Assembly (NCBI GenBank): GCA_028023455.1
Contig: JAQFVV010000003.1
Coordinates: 27,900,001-27,964,000 of the forward strand
Length of the DNA: 64,000 nt
Origin: Epiperipatus broadwayi
Taxonomy: Eukaryota > Animalia > Onychophora
Direction of reading: 5' to 3'
Within the stretch, counting starts at the first letter, position 1, and each line of letters opens with the position of its first letter. Below the pieces are notes generated by a model. It was not told the DNA's origin and searched no databases. It saw only the letters and a program-made list of their open reading frames with translations. Below are positions 37,220 to 51,942 of this stretch, one piece after another. Both the position numbers and the translations under genes were made by a program.

Positions 37220-39553
37220 GGTATAAGTATGTATAGTGAACCCTACCGTTTGATGGCCCAGTTTTTCGCCCTATGCACATCAATATATCGATTCATTTGT
37301 TTACATAATATTACAGTAAAAGATTTGTTTTTTTTTTTCAACCATTTTTTTTCTTTTTCTGGTCTGTTTGATTTACATAATATTACACCAAACCACCAAA
37401 GATTTTTTTTTTTTTTTCACCCGTTTTTTTTTTTTTTTGTTTCATTTTTTTAATAAACAAATATTTTGGTTTTAGATGGTGTAGGGGTGTTGGTTTGCTT
37501 TTAAATTATCCGTCGGTTTCTTTATATAATATTACGGGAAACCAAAGATTTTTTTTTTTCCACCCGTTTTTTTTTTTTTTGTTTCATTTTTTTGATAAAC
37601 AAACACTTTGTTTTTAAATGGTGTAGGAGTTTTGGTTTCCTTGGTCCGTCAGTTTCTTCACATAATACTACGGTAACTTTTTTTAAATCTTTCTTTCCCT
37701 AAAATCATAGAGTTTTTTTATTTTTTATTAACAAACACTTTGTTGTTTTTAGATGGTGGAGGGGGGTTGGTTTGCTTTCAAAATTATCTTTTTTTTTTTT
37801 TGTTGATATTTTTATTTGCTGAAATACTTAATTCGGTACTTTTGAATAAACTAACGCTTTTTAGAGGATGGAGGGGAGGAGTTGTTTTGATTTTGAATTG
37901 TCGTCTTTTTTTGTTACTTTTTTTGTTAATTTATTACGAGGCTTTATTCAAATATTTATTTATGCTACAGAAACCTTTATATGATAGCGAAAAGTTTTTC
38001 TTTAATTTTTTGGCCTTTTTAAAAAAGACAGAAACAGTTCGTTTTTTAAGAAGACTTTTTTTAAAGGGGGTAGGTTTGTTTTGATTTTTAATTACCAACT
38101 TCTTTTTTTGGTTTTCTTTTTGAACATTTATGTTATTGCATAGTTCTTTATTATTATTTTTTTTGGGGGGGCCTTTTGAATAATCTCTTCAACACTCTTT
38201 TTTTTTAAATAAAATATTACCTACCTACTTTAGAATCATGTAAACAACAAAAACAACAAGTTTCCCATGAAATAATTTATTGAATCAAAAATAAATGAAA
38301 CTTTGGACAAGTTGTGAACCAAAACAAGTTAAAAAAGCCCATTTTTGGGGGCATAAAAAACAAACAAACAAATAAGCCAAAAGTAGTACGCAAATAAAAC
38401 AACAGGGATGGAAGCAAAAAAAACAGACACTTCAACATGCTCATCTCACCTAGTATGGCCCCGTCCTTTGTGCAGACTTCATCACAGGAAGTCGGCTAGA
38501 TAGTTGTCAAGGATTGTCCTGGCAGCGCCATGCTACTTCTTGTTTCGCCACTTCAAAACTTCCCAGTCTCTCGATGTTCTGTGTGTGGGCATCTGTGGCA
38601 GGGCTGACAAAGTGGTAACGGTGATTTATGGTCAGGTGTGAAAAGCCTGCAGCCTCCAGGTCAGATGTTCTATAGCCTTAACAGCAATCACTGTAGATGG
38701 TGGTTCCGGGTTGCATGTTGTCGCGGATGGCCTGGAGGAGTGTGGCTGGAGAGCGAGAGGGTACCGCCACAGCGAAACATTCACTCGTTTCATGGCACCC
38801 GCCACCAAACAGCCATTGTTGAGGCAATATCTGGCACTAGTGGTTCTTCCTCCTACTGAACAGGGTTTCATCCACTTCCACGATATTGTCCGGACCCCCT
38901 ATTTGAGTGCAGGTGTTCCAGTGGATAAGGGAGCATCTTGGAGAGATCCAGTTCCGCCACACCATGCGATCCACGGTCAGTTCATCGCGACTCCAATAGT
39001 AGATGAGCCTCACAGCTGTAAGTAACGTGATTTTAGAACCCTTGAACCAACTTCCCTTACGCAGACCACAGGTATGCTTGTAGGAGTGGCAACAGAATTC
39101 CCAGATCCTGTAATTGACTAAAACAATGTTTCTCCCGCAAGCGCAGACCTTCACATCCGGCAGGATTTTCTCTTTCTGAAAAAACACAATAGCATCAAGT
39201 TCTGTGGCCAGCAATTCAATCAACTTCAACCAATTTTGATATTTTACTGTTCTCGCATGGATTCACGCTTAAAATTTCCGACAATGAATTTTTGGAGACT
39301 TTCGCCTCTTTCAAATACGGCTGCCATCAAATCAGACTGTAGCGAGAGTTCAATAGCGCTCATTGTCATAATGCAATGGGTGTAGTATTTTGTGACGTAA
39401 TCATAGAATATACCGCCCTCAGGCGGCCTGTTACGGCTCAAATAACACCTATTGTAGTGTCAGCCGTAAGTTAAGGCCGCTAAAACGGTATATAGATGTG
39501 CGTTGTGTAAAAAACACCATCAAGCGGTGGGGTTCAGTTTACATCTAAACACC
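37220..39553 (-). mobile_element. Merlin DNA transposon (2334 bp) in the last RBM5 intron
   Basis: GG termini; ~70-bp imperfect TIRs (TGAACCC.ACCG.TTGATGG...GCACATC.ATATA.CG); perfect 8-bp TSD AAAATTTA at 37212-37219 and 39554-39561; T-rich subrepeat array 37300-38400. Confidence 0.92.
38430..39260 (-). pseudogene. Merlin / IS1595-like transposase pseudogene
   Basis: ORF 38837-39229 (CACG...CC..C GLRKGSWFKGSK...IGGPDNIVEVDETLFSRRKNH) continues as EQWLFGG, PGTTIYSDC, NHRYHFV, HTQNIER; has stops and frameshifts. Confidence 0.92.
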
Positions 39554-40228
39554 AAAATTTAATATTGATAGTACATATGACAAAAAATTATTTTTAGTTT
39601 TATGCCAAATGAAATTTTTTTCTTCTCGGTACTGCATTTTTTTTTTTATCACGAGATGTCTCCATTATTTTGGATATCTAAAGAGAATTACGCGATGATT
39701 TAAAATTGAGGAACAGGATGTTATTTTTAAATTACGTTTAGTAATTTTTGATATTGATTGTATAAATTTGAAATTATTTTACCCTCTTTGCTCCCTCCTT
39801 TTTTTTCACTGAAAATATTTTAGATTAGCGATGGTAGCAGTTTCAATTTGATAGAAAAATTTTAATTCAAAATTAATTGATTGAACGTTTTACCTAATAT
39901 ATCTACTGAGCATTTTTAATTTTATACTGAACGAATTTGCTATTTTTAAAATAGTGTTGATTTACATTCATGTACCAAATGAATTGCTTTTGTAGTCACA
40001 AACAATGAAAATCTATACTTTGGGTATATTATTAATGAAGTACTAAATATCTCGCAAAAATATTGATGAAAATTAAATATTGTACATTCATTAATCATAT
40101 TTTAAGCTTGTAATCAAAATAATGGATGCAACACTATAATGTTGTGATTTAAGAATAAAAAATGTGCAGTACAATTTCAGCATGAAAGTCATTATTTTGT
40201 TTTTGGATGAGTTTAATAACTATTCTAT

Positions 40229-40352
40229 GATATCATCAGTTGTTACAAAATGACAGCCAAAAACTTTAAAAAAATTTATTTTACTATTGTTAGTATAATT
40301 TATTGTAAATCAAAATAGTGGGTACAAATTGATGATGATCACTATTGTGAAC
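40229..40352 (+). repeat. Unclassified interspersed repeat, copy 1 (paired with 55229-55351)
   Basis: Shared blocks GA.RTCATCAGT, AAATG.C.GCCAAAAA and GTGGGTAYAAATTGATGATGATCRCTATTGTGAA. Confidence 0.6.
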
Positions 40353-41490
40353 CCTCGCGTAAAGGCCAATGTGATATGGTTATGTTGTAGTCCTTCACAA
40401 TAATTTTATGAAAAATGGTTTTTATTTTTAAATTACATCAATTTTGTTAAGTGTCCCATTAATATTTTGTATTTGTTTTGTTTATTTATTACTTATTTAT
40501 ATAAACGATTATAAACAAATTATATTTTTTAATTGGAAGTAGTAAGTAACTTGATAATTCTAATAGCAGCATGATTTAAATAATTTACTAAAAGGAAGCC
40601 CCCCATTTAGTAGTCATTGAAAGATAAGTTGCAGAATTAATACAAGTCGTCATATTTTATGTATCTACAATTGATCAGTTGACAATATAAAAGCTGTAAT
40701 AAATAAATCATTTTCCCAGAAAAACAACAAAATAGGTATTTTGGTTCTGTCTAAAATAGTATAAATATTATTAAATCACAAATCTACTTTCAAAAAAAAA
40801 AAATTTAACAAGAAAACTTGATTTATTAAAAGAAAATGTGATTAATTTTCATAAAGTAATTAAAATCGGCCCCTCCTCATAATCGTACTTAGTTTTAATA
40901 TCAAATGGCTATAAAAATGTTTTATATTTTAGCATTAATTAAAATTTCACTAACTGGAAAAACATCTCAACTTCTTCTATACTAATTAAAAAAAAGAACC
41001 CCACTCAGCAAATAGACAACTCAAAATTTTAGCCAATATTATTACTTTTCTAATGATCTATTACAGCTTTTCACAGTTACTATAACAAAACAAAAAAAAA
41101 ATCCTGCATGAACTATAACAACTGTTGTATCACGGTCTTTTCTACCAGTATCACAACCTATTATTGTATTTTGAAAAGTATAAGAAACTTAATATTTACA
41201 TACAAGTATGCTTTATATATCTAAAGTTTAGATGTAAATAGAGGGGATTTGAACACAGGCTTTCAAGCTTCCCTTAGCTATCCATTGTATCTCATCCAAA
41301 TGATTTTGTATTCTTCCTTTCAGTAATAATCAAAATAAATAGGCAATGTTGCAACACGGTAATTAAAAAAAAACCCTCAAATAAAATGATCATACCATTT
41401 TTAAATTGTTATATTTTATAAACATTCGTCGGACAACATATTTTAACTTTACCCAACTTTAGAATGCAATATGTCAACATACAATCTTTA

Positions 41491-41790
<300 letters not shown>

Positions 41791-44700
41791 TTATCAATTA
41801 TGTAGAAAATGTAATAATTTTTAGTTTAAACAAAACTTGTAATTAAATAGGTACACATAAATATACACATATAAATGCATGCATAATTAAAAATATTCAG
41901 TATATAAATATATCAAAAAAAATTTTTTTGACCAAGATTTTTCCAAGAAATGTATTTGCATGTGTTATGTTTCAAAATATGTACTTTCAAATTAAAGCCT
42001 ACATAAGTGTGTAATTAATTATATGTAAACAGGCTAACATTATTATGATGGAAGTATAAAAAAAATTACCAAGTGTTAGATTACAAACAAAAATCCCACA
42101 AATTATATAAATTAATACACAAAATTATTACATACATGTTCTTAGAATCTTTTAAAATAAATCTTATCATAAAGTTAAAATCATAAAAAAAAAAAATTCT
42201 CAAATTTGAAAATAATAGAATATCAATGTAGTAACTACTGCTGTATTTAGTATATAATCTAATCAATAAAACACACATGTAAAGAAAAATAATAAACAGC
42301 AAAATAATATTTCACAAAAATACCCCCACCCCACAAAAGCACTTTTTTTAAATGCTTGAATCATTAAAAATGCAAGCCACCATAATTTATTTAGTATATA
42401 CAATTTATTTTATTTTGAAAGCTTAATAATTAACAATAAATAAAATAGTGGCTGGAATTATTTTTTTTTAAAAAAAGGGAAAAAATTTTTTTTTCATCTT
42501 ATTATAAAAGTTTGCTGTCTTTGTTTTTTTATCTTTTTTTTTTTTTAAAAAAAAACCTATCATTTTAAGATTTTTTGTAATAAATTTTATATTATTTTTG
42601 TTACACACTTTAAGAAATTAATTTTGTGTTCAACAATAAATTATTTGTGAAGTATTTCCCAATTATTCAATCTTTCAGAGAGGTCATAAAGATTCCACAT
42701 CCTATTGCATATGATGAAATAACATTAGTCATGAGCACAGTAAATAAGAATTTTTCTTTAAGTTTATTATCAAAACGAATTTTAAATCAACAACAACAAT
42801 AATTATTTGTATTAATTTAATTTGAAAAGAGTTTGAGATAGTAGCTGGTTTAATTATATTAATCAACAAAAATTTATTTTTAGAAAATTAATTATTTCCT
42901 CGAAGTTGGTTAAATGTGTAGATTTTGTTTTTCTCTCTCTAAAAAAAAAAAACTAAGCACTGTGCACACAATAAAATTAAGTGCATAATTAATAAATTAA
43001 AAAAACTGCCATATCTATATTACTTAATAGCATTGCTTTTTTTAAATAACTAGAATATCTGAACTATAAAAATTCAAACTTGTTTCTTTAACATTTTTTT
43101 GCTAGTACACTATTACTCTGGAATCTTTTAATTCATAAATTTCTATCGAGTATTTTTTATGCCAGTCCTTATAAGGTATGCATGAAGATTATAATCAGTA
43201 AATGCAAGTTGGCAGTAAATATAACTTCAACAAGCACGTCATTTATATTATTTTGCAATTACTGCAGTTCAATATATGTAATAATATTTTCTGCTTATTT
43301 TAAAAAATAATGCCAACACAATCCATGGATTGTAATAATATAAGTGGTGTTAGTAATGAAATCACGCCTTTACTTATAAAAATGAATTGTTAAAAAAGTC
43401 GTAGTATTCTTATTTATAAACTGTGAATTTATGATATTCATTCATCAATATTCTATAACGATAACAAAAAAAGTACACCTATTTAATAAAAGTTAAAAAA
43501 TTAAGCTATTACTAATTTTACCAAAAAGTTAAAAAAAAAAAAGCTGCACTGGGGAAAAATGAAATACATGAAGCAGCTTGTTTTTGACAATTTATTTAGC
43601 AAAATAATAAAATAGCAATATTATTCATATACAAATTAAGCAAAAATGTATTTTTGCTTTAATTAATAATCTTTTTATAAACACTATTAATTGTACAAAC
43701 ATAGATGTAGAAACAATTTTCTTTAATTATACTGCCTGTATGTATTGAACTACTTGTAAGTGTCTATAAAATATTTATAAAAATAAAATAGCGTTTTTCA
43801 AAACCAAATATAAGCAATAAGTGTAAATTTATTTTGTCTTTAAAAGTAATATTTTTTTAAAAAAAATATTAGTTAATAAATTACTATTTCATCTTTCTTT
43901 CTTTTCATTTACATCAATAACAAAAGTTTATAACTAATGGGATTAAAATTTTACAGGTACTTCAATCAAGTAGTCCATAAGTACAGAAATATTTAAATAT
44001 TAGTGTCACAACAGATTTAATTAAATGACACAATATAATATTAAAATCAAGATAATAACATATTTAAAATATTGTTTTCTAAAATAATAATACAGATTCA
44101 CTATTAATTAAAAATATAATAAGCATATGCAAACAGAAATATAAATGAAAATGCAATTATTTTACTTCAGTATTAAAACAAACGGTAAAAATAGAATTCA
44201 TTTATTTCTATGATTCAACTGTAAGTTGTTTAAATATTTCATTATCATTGGGCTATTTGATTATAATTATTTAAAAAAAAATTTTTTTTTAATTTAAAAT
44301 TTTTATCAAGTGCTTTACAAAGCAAGTTACGCTTCCACTTGATATGAGATTCAAGTATGAGCATGTGAATTATTATTTTTTTCACCTCACAAGGACATTT
44401 TTTGTTCATGTAGCTGGCCATTAATAACCTAGATTTGTTCAGTAAATTTGGATATATCTAATTACTATTAGCTAAAAGAATAAGTAGAAAAGTGGACAGA
44501 TAAAATGTTTATATAATGACTCTTAAAACAACACAATTATCATATGATATGCCATTTGCCTATGATTTATTGTAACCATCTTGAGCTTTAAATTTCATCC
44601 ATTTAACTCACTATTTATCTTGAAAATTTATTACTATTTATGTAGAAAAAAATAAATTTAGGAGCAAAAATAATTTTATTTTAATTTTTAAGTTATACCA

Positions 44701-44956
44701 CCATGTTTTATCTATTTATCAGATCCAAACATACATATAAAATTAAAAATATGTATTAAATATATTAATATTACAATTGCCTAGATAATTTTGTTTCATG
44801 ATTATTCTCATAAAAAAATTAATGTATGAAATAAGAAGTGTAATTTTTAAGCTAATTATATTTAAATATTTATCTAATTAAAAATAGAGCCACTATATAT
44901 ATTATATATTTGAATGGCTATTGATCAAAACCTATTTTAAATATTATTATTATTAT

Positions 44957-45053
44957 TCACTGATTTATGTATAGTGAAATCTTGGTGCAACATTCCTGGT
45001 ACTTCCGTTTTCCCAAAGTATTTAGTCTGCTTTTCTGGCTTCTGGATCTAGTC
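44957..45053 (-). other. Candidate alternative terminal or poison exon of RBM5/10
   Basis: Acceptor TTATTTACATAG|G; in the phase left by exon 48105-48208 it reads (G)TRSRSQKSRLNTLGKRKYQECCTKISLYINQ*; the other two frames stop within 11 codons; locally GC-richer than its flanks. Confidence 0.3.
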
Positions 45054-45706
45054 CTATGTAAATAACATTTTCAAATTTTTTTATGAATTTTCATTTTATT
45101 ATAGTAATCACTGGTTAATCACAGTTCTAATGTAATATTTTCAATAATGGATAGTTCTTTTAAAAAAAAAAAAAATGCAAAAAAATATAAAAGTCTCATT
45201 TTTCCTATTTGATCAGACACATTTATAAACATAGGAGTCAAAATTCAATAGGAATAATATTTCATCGATGTATGAATATTAATATTGCACTATATTATAA
45301 ATATATTTATTTTATTTAAAGATATTGATTAGATAAGCACTAAGATTTCCAAGTTTAATTTATATATGAAAAATAAAAAAAAGAACAAATTACAAATTAA
45401 AAAATATGAAGTTAATTTTTATTATCCTTCTTTAGATTAATAGTAAAAATCAAAAAGCAATAATAAGTACCTTTTATCTCTTCCCAATCACTAGTTAACA
45501 ATTTAGCATTAAACAAAAAAGCACATTTAAATTTCTTTAGCAAAATTAAAATTGCCTTTTTAAAAAAATATATTTCCAAACAACTGGAAATGAATACTTG
45601 TCAAAATTTTCCCATTAAAAATGTTATTTATTTTTTATATCATTCTGTAAATGTTAATCTTTCATATGATTAATATTAACAAAATTTGTTTTAGAATGGA
45701 AAATAA

Positions 45707-46300
45707 GGTAATACATCATCTATTGATCCACACCGCCCAATGGCGTTGTCAAACATCTGAAATGGAATGTCAATCGCGACGAAGGTATTCCATTCGCTCA
45801 TGGGACGAGCTTTGAAGTTGCCTGTGAACCTCTTTTTCGCAAGCGGTACAACTAATTTATTCTTGAAGCCGGGATCAGCTTACAGTGAAGCGTATTAGAG
45901 CTGAGTTGGAAAGGTGTCAAAACGCAGTAAGGAATATGACGAAAGGTCTGTCGAGAAAGCCTTGTTTCTCGATAAACAAAAAAAAAGTTTCTTCAAAAAC
46001 AATAAAAAAGACTTGGTTATAAAAAAAAAAAAAGTTTCTTTAAAAAAAACAAAAACAGAATATTTTAAAAAGCCAACCCCCCCCCCCCATTTTTTTATTT
46101 TTTAAATATACATCAAACCGGTTACAAAAAAAAAAAAAACCAATAACAAACAACAACAAAAAAATAAAAATCAAACAAATCCAAAAATTAAAAACATAAA
46201 TCAACAAAATTGAAAAACAGCCCGGTAACGTTTATATCTATTTGTTTTTCACTAGCAACAACACCATAGAGCGGTATGGGAAATTAGATGATGTATTACC
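45707..46300. mobile_element. Merlin-type MITE (594 bp)
   Basis: TIRs GGTAATACATCATCTATTGATCCACACCGCCCAATGGCGTTGT and rc GGTAATACATCATCTAATTTCCCATACCGCTCTATGGTGTTGT; TSD not recovered. Confidence 0.78.
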
Positions 46301-48104
46301 GTAATTCCTTCATCAACCAAAAGTTTATATCAACAACATATGCTTGCATTACTTTTAAATGATTATAGATATTTCTTAATATCAGTTTTAATGACAACCC
46401 TCACATATGTCTATTTTCAAATGGTAGCAATTATTTACATATTTGTATTTAAATTGAAACACAGATATTTTTTTTTAATTTAGAAGCTATTTATGCCATA
46501 CACCAAGTACAAAAAATAACCTAAGGTAAGTGTTTACTAACGGCCATTGTATTTTTAAATTAAATAATCTTTTTTTTTTTGAGCTTGTAAATTGTCAAAC
46601 AATTAGTTTTTTTTTTTTTTTGATATTCTGCCATTACTTTATCATAATTATGCGAAGTTATCTTCAACTTAACACAAGAATAATGATCTACTAAATGGTA
46701 TTCTTTGTCATTAAATACTTGGCAATATTGTAGAATGTCACATTTAAAATTAAAAATAGTTATAAGCAGTTCTGAATTAACTGTTTTTTATAGTTACTCA
46801 AGTTACACTGGTTTTTTTACTATTTTATCTTGTGATAATACAGCATTTATTTTATTAAATAAAAAAGATGCTAAACTAAAGTTAATACCAAACTGTATTG
46901 AGATGCACGAAGTACTCACGAAAGTAAAAGCTTTTTATAAGTACCTATATTATTTTAGCAAATGATAAGTTTGAAAGATTGTATTTTAACTTGAAGCATA
47001 TAATTTCCATAAAATAAAAGTCAATCAAAGAATTTCTTTAGAGCAAGAAGTCTTTTAAAAATTTCTTAAAACTAATTAAATCTTGAATCACGATTTGAAA
47101 GATCTTGTCACTTATGTTTTTTTACTTGTAGAATTAAAATTCAAGATTATTATGAACATAAATATATAAAATTTTGCAAACAGTAAATGAATATGTGATA
47201 AATAGCTATACTTTATTTTATTTAAAATAAAGACTATTTATTTGTATCATATTAACTTAATCATTTAAATTGTTTTAACTTTATAAACAATCAATTTCAT
47301 TCACTTCTCAAGTACCAACCATATATATGGATTAAATTTTTATAATTAAGACTAAACTTAAATTATATCACCTGAATTTTTATAATAAATTTAGAATCTA
47401 CAAAAATGTGATAAAGCAGAGTACTTAGATCAATATAATAAACTCCCAAGCATGATTTCAGCCATGCCTGCTTTAGCATAAATAAAAAAAAATTGTCTTT
47501 TGATTTGGAAAAAAAGATTAATATTTATTTAATAAAAATACAGCAATAGTCATTAAATTATTTATTTTTTTACTAAAAAACAACAACAAAAAAAAACACA
47601 ATTTTATAGCTATTGCCATAAATTTAAATAAAAAAATTGCAATAAACTTCATAAGTAAAACTATTTGTCCAATAGTCACTACAAAATTTATATATTTACA
47701 AAAATCCTTATATTCCCCACTAAGAAAAATCAGATGATTTTCAACAGTTAATAGTCTATTCTCATAGAAGATTTTCATAAATTATTTGTAAGTCATTCCA
47801 AGTGGAGATAAAAATTGTGGTTAAACACAATTGTTCAACCATGTTAACAATGAATAATGCAAACTTTTAAAATGATTCCCAAAAAATTAGTTACATTTAA
47901 TGAAATCAAGCCTTCATTGAAAATCTTGTAATATACTGACTACACATGAATAACTGTCTATGTGTGTATATATATAATTTTAATAAAATACAATTTTCAT
48001 TTTAATTTAAGAATGCCTTTGTTTTTATAACGTCCTTATTAAAATCTGCATTTTTTTTTGGTTCTCCATTTACAGTACACATCCCTAAACAATTAAATAC
48101 TTAC

Positions 48105-48208
48105 CCCTGTTTAACTTGGTAATATTTTTCTCGCAATTTATTTGACTTTGGTGGTTCAGGTTCTCCATATTTTTCCCGCCTCTCTTTTGCTCGATCTCTG
48201 TATTTGGA
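48105..48208 (-). CDS. RBM5: RBM5/RBM10 homolog exon (SKYRDRAKERREKYGEPEPP...)
   Basis: TTTATAG|TCC...GG|GTAAGT; 104 nt, phases 0 and 2; carries the KYRDRA.ERR.KYG motif of the RBM5 family. Confidence 0.97.
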
Positions 48209-51200
48209 CTATAAATATAAACATGCTTATTTTATTTCTAAAGAACAGCAACAACAAATAAAAGTTGAAATTGCTTTTTAATTTAAATTAACTTAATTAC
48301 TCAATAATACACATGTGAAAAATATTTGATGTACAGTAATTAAATGATTAACAATAGTCAATTCCAAATCATATTATAATTTGGCAACCTCTATTATTCA
48401 TTTCCCATGACTTACAAAATGTTAGTAAAAATAATGAACTAAAAAAATAGTGTCTTCTGATATCATTGAGTCAAAATTTCTATAAATAAAATGAGTTAAG
48501 AAAGCAGATCAAGGTTATGATCATTATATGAAATCATTCTGAAGCCACAAAATGTTTTATTTAAAATATCTGGAAGATAATCAAGATATTTCAAGTTCCA
48601 AATATAAATCTTAATGTAATAAATTATTTTAGCACCAAAAAAAAAAGAAGCCGCAAATGCTAATGAGAAATTTAAATGATCACATTAATAAATGAATATT
48701 TCAACTAGTGTTATGCAATATTCCACCAAGCTAGATTTCAGACATGCTACAATATCTACTGTTTAATCTTAATCAAGATACAATCTCATTATATTATTTC
48801 TTAATAGGCAATAGCCCCATCATTAATTTTTTTAAAAAGTGGAAGCTGAGATGAACATGTTTGAATTTTTTTTTTTTTTTTGGAGATTTGTGACATTGAA
48901 TGAACCCTGGCTGTTAACTGAGATAATATGATACTTTAATATAAAGCTGAAGTTCAATAAATCTAAACCATTCTTAATGATTCTAGTATGACATTAGACA
49001 AAAAAACTAGATAATTAAGAGTTTAAAAAGGAATATATATTTTTTGTACATTAACAAAGAACAAATTTTGTTTTTCCTTAAAAATATTACTTATTAAACC
49101 AATTGCTGTCTTTAAATAAAGTGATATGAGATGGATTTTTACCCAATTACTGGCCAAAACTTTTATTAACTATTTTATTAGTAAAATTAAAAATGATAGT
49201 AGAATTGCTATTGCTCAAACAATATTGATAAGTATTCAGGATATTCTATATAGCAACTAATCTGGAATATTTAGTAGTTAGTCCAGAAAAAGACAAAAAT
49301 GTCACAAACTTTAATCTCAATATAGGATTTTAAAAAGCTGCAGTTTAGAAAAAAAAACTGGGCATACAAAAAAAAAAAAAACTGTTCAACTGAAAAAAAA
49401 TTGAAATAGAAGGTCAAAAAAATACAATGCTAGATATCAGTAACGTTTAAACTAAAAAAAAAATTTTTTTTTTTTTTTTTTACAATTTAAGCATAAAATT
49501 AGATATCACAAGTTAATACAATGCAATATTTGAGATCATCATTAAGATTTAGGATGAAAAAAATTAGTAAACCATGTGAATAAAAAAATAAAATTTTATC
49601 TAGATGAAATAAAATTCTAAACAATTCAGAGAAATTTTATTCCAAAACAAGTTTTAAATTAAAAAAAAAAAAATTTCTGATTAATGTGTAGTGTTAAAAG
49701 ATTGTGTAATATATTATTAAAAAAAAAAGAAAGATTCTTTTAATTTATATATAGCTAAATATCCTGAAAAATATTCCTAAAATTTCATTAAAACTTTTAA
49801 ACAAATATATGTAAAATAAAGCAACATATTAATAACTATAGTTTACACATGTATTATTGCCAATGTATTAAAATAAATCAATTTTATTATTATAAAATAC
49901 CAATTAAACATTACTAATATTCCTAAGCAAATTTAATTTCTGTTCGCCATGAACTACATTATATAAAATCATTCTTTTGACACAAATTAATCATAAATTA
50001 AAAAAATCATGCATTATTTTTTCTGTAATTATATATAAATATGAATCCAGAAAATTTTAAGTGTCTTTTTGTTGGCAAAGATAACTTTATACAACAATTA
50101 CTTTCACATTAGCGACCTTGTATTCTTTTTTCTATTGTTTGCTAAAATACTACATAAAACAATATATTTTTCTAATAAATATGAAAAAAAAAAGGGTCAA
50201 TTAAAACCATTATGAAATTCAAGTATTTGTTAAAAAGATCCATGATCCCTAAGCATACTGTATAATTTATTTATTAAGATGCGTTTTTTGACAAATACTT
50301 TTTTTTAAAAGTAGATTCATTTTCATCGTTGAACTTTTCAAAACTACGTAGAAAATTATTTTGAATAATCATTTTATAGCACTTAATAAATTCTTGTAAA
50401 AGCTGGTATTTTCATATCCTAGGCTAGAGGCTTTCATTGATGAAGAACACTGGATCTTGTTCAATGCACTTTTCCTCCAGCAGTCATCTTCTTTTTTTTT
50501 TTAAACCCCAAACTATCACCCCAAAACTCAAAAATATCTTAATAATTCTGAATTTAAACTAATTTGTTCGTGTAAGTACGCAGATCTGAAATAAATTCAT
50601 TATTGAAATATCGTGGTATCTTTCCTTTTTTAATAACTATAGGCATCTCTCTATTTTGTATATTCATGATAGCTATAAAGCAAAAAAAAAAAAACCATCA
50701 CAATGCCAGTTATTAATAAACTAAGAACACCAGCATGTACAGATAATGAATTGTTTTCAGAAATATTTAATTATACAAGTTAGCTTAGATTCAGAATATT
50801 AAGATATTTTTTAATTTTAGGATAATACAATAATAAGTAGAAAATGACTGGAGGAAAAATATACTAGACCTAAAATAGATGCACCAACTAGATCAAGAGC
50901 TCCTCACTTATAAAAGTCTTAAGCTAAAAACTATACGGAGAAACCAGTACTCAAAAAAATACTTATTAAACACTACCATCCAGAATTTATTGATTATTCA
51001 AGTTTACACTAGCTAGCATAAGTTACTGAATTTTAAATTAGTAATTATATGTCTTGAAAAACATTAATAATCGGAATCCCTGCATTTCAAACAATATATA
51101 CTAAAAGAGAGACCAAACAGTTGATATAAAAAAATTATGAATAGTTTTTTCAATGATACTGAGCATGGGTAATAGGATTCTTGCAAAATATCTTCAAACT

Positions 51201-51942
51201 GAAATAGTGTAACCATCTTAGTTAATTGTCTTGAAAATAATTATACTGGATAATTCTTCACAATAAAAAATAAATTAATACTATGATTATTTAAATTGTG
51301 GACTGAGAATCTGGCTTATGATTGGTGATCAAGAGCGATTTGAATGGTTCAATTAAGTTGCAAAATATAATTGACTTAATTTGCACAGCAAGCTTTAAAT
51401 ATTCAATATAAACAAATGCTAATTTCAAAATCTAATGGAAGTTCATTTACAATACTATCATTTCACATTAGCTATTAAACAAAAAAAGACAAATTATATT
51501 AGTGCAATGGGACAATTTCACATTGTAGTTCAAAGTGGCAAATAAATAAAAATGAAGAGACAATTGGATATACAATTTATTTAAAGTTAATTAGAAATTT
51601 TACGCCAGAAAATCTTTTAATTTTATAAAAACAATAAAGGCTAACAGTAATAAAAATTCAATATAATTTTGTTTAGATAAAAAAAAAAACCAAATTATTA
51701 GTTGTTTAATTAATTAATGTTCAATAACATTATTTATTGTCTTCACAGAATATTATTCAATTAAATTATATTAAACTTCTAATAGATAAATTGTAACTTT
51801 TAATGCAATTTATTAGACTATAACTCATTTCTGTATATTATAGTAAATTAAAAATGAAATAACAAAAAAAAAAAACCATTCAATCTTCATCAAAAAATAA
51901 TTTTATAAAGGAGAAAAAAAAATTAAAAAACATTGTACTTAC

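Noticed and set aside
51880-51942. ORF-track extension VSTMFFNFFFSFIKLFFDED of the RBM5 exon
   Set aside because: Intron read-through past the GTAAGT donor at 51942; the same applies to 41488-41637.
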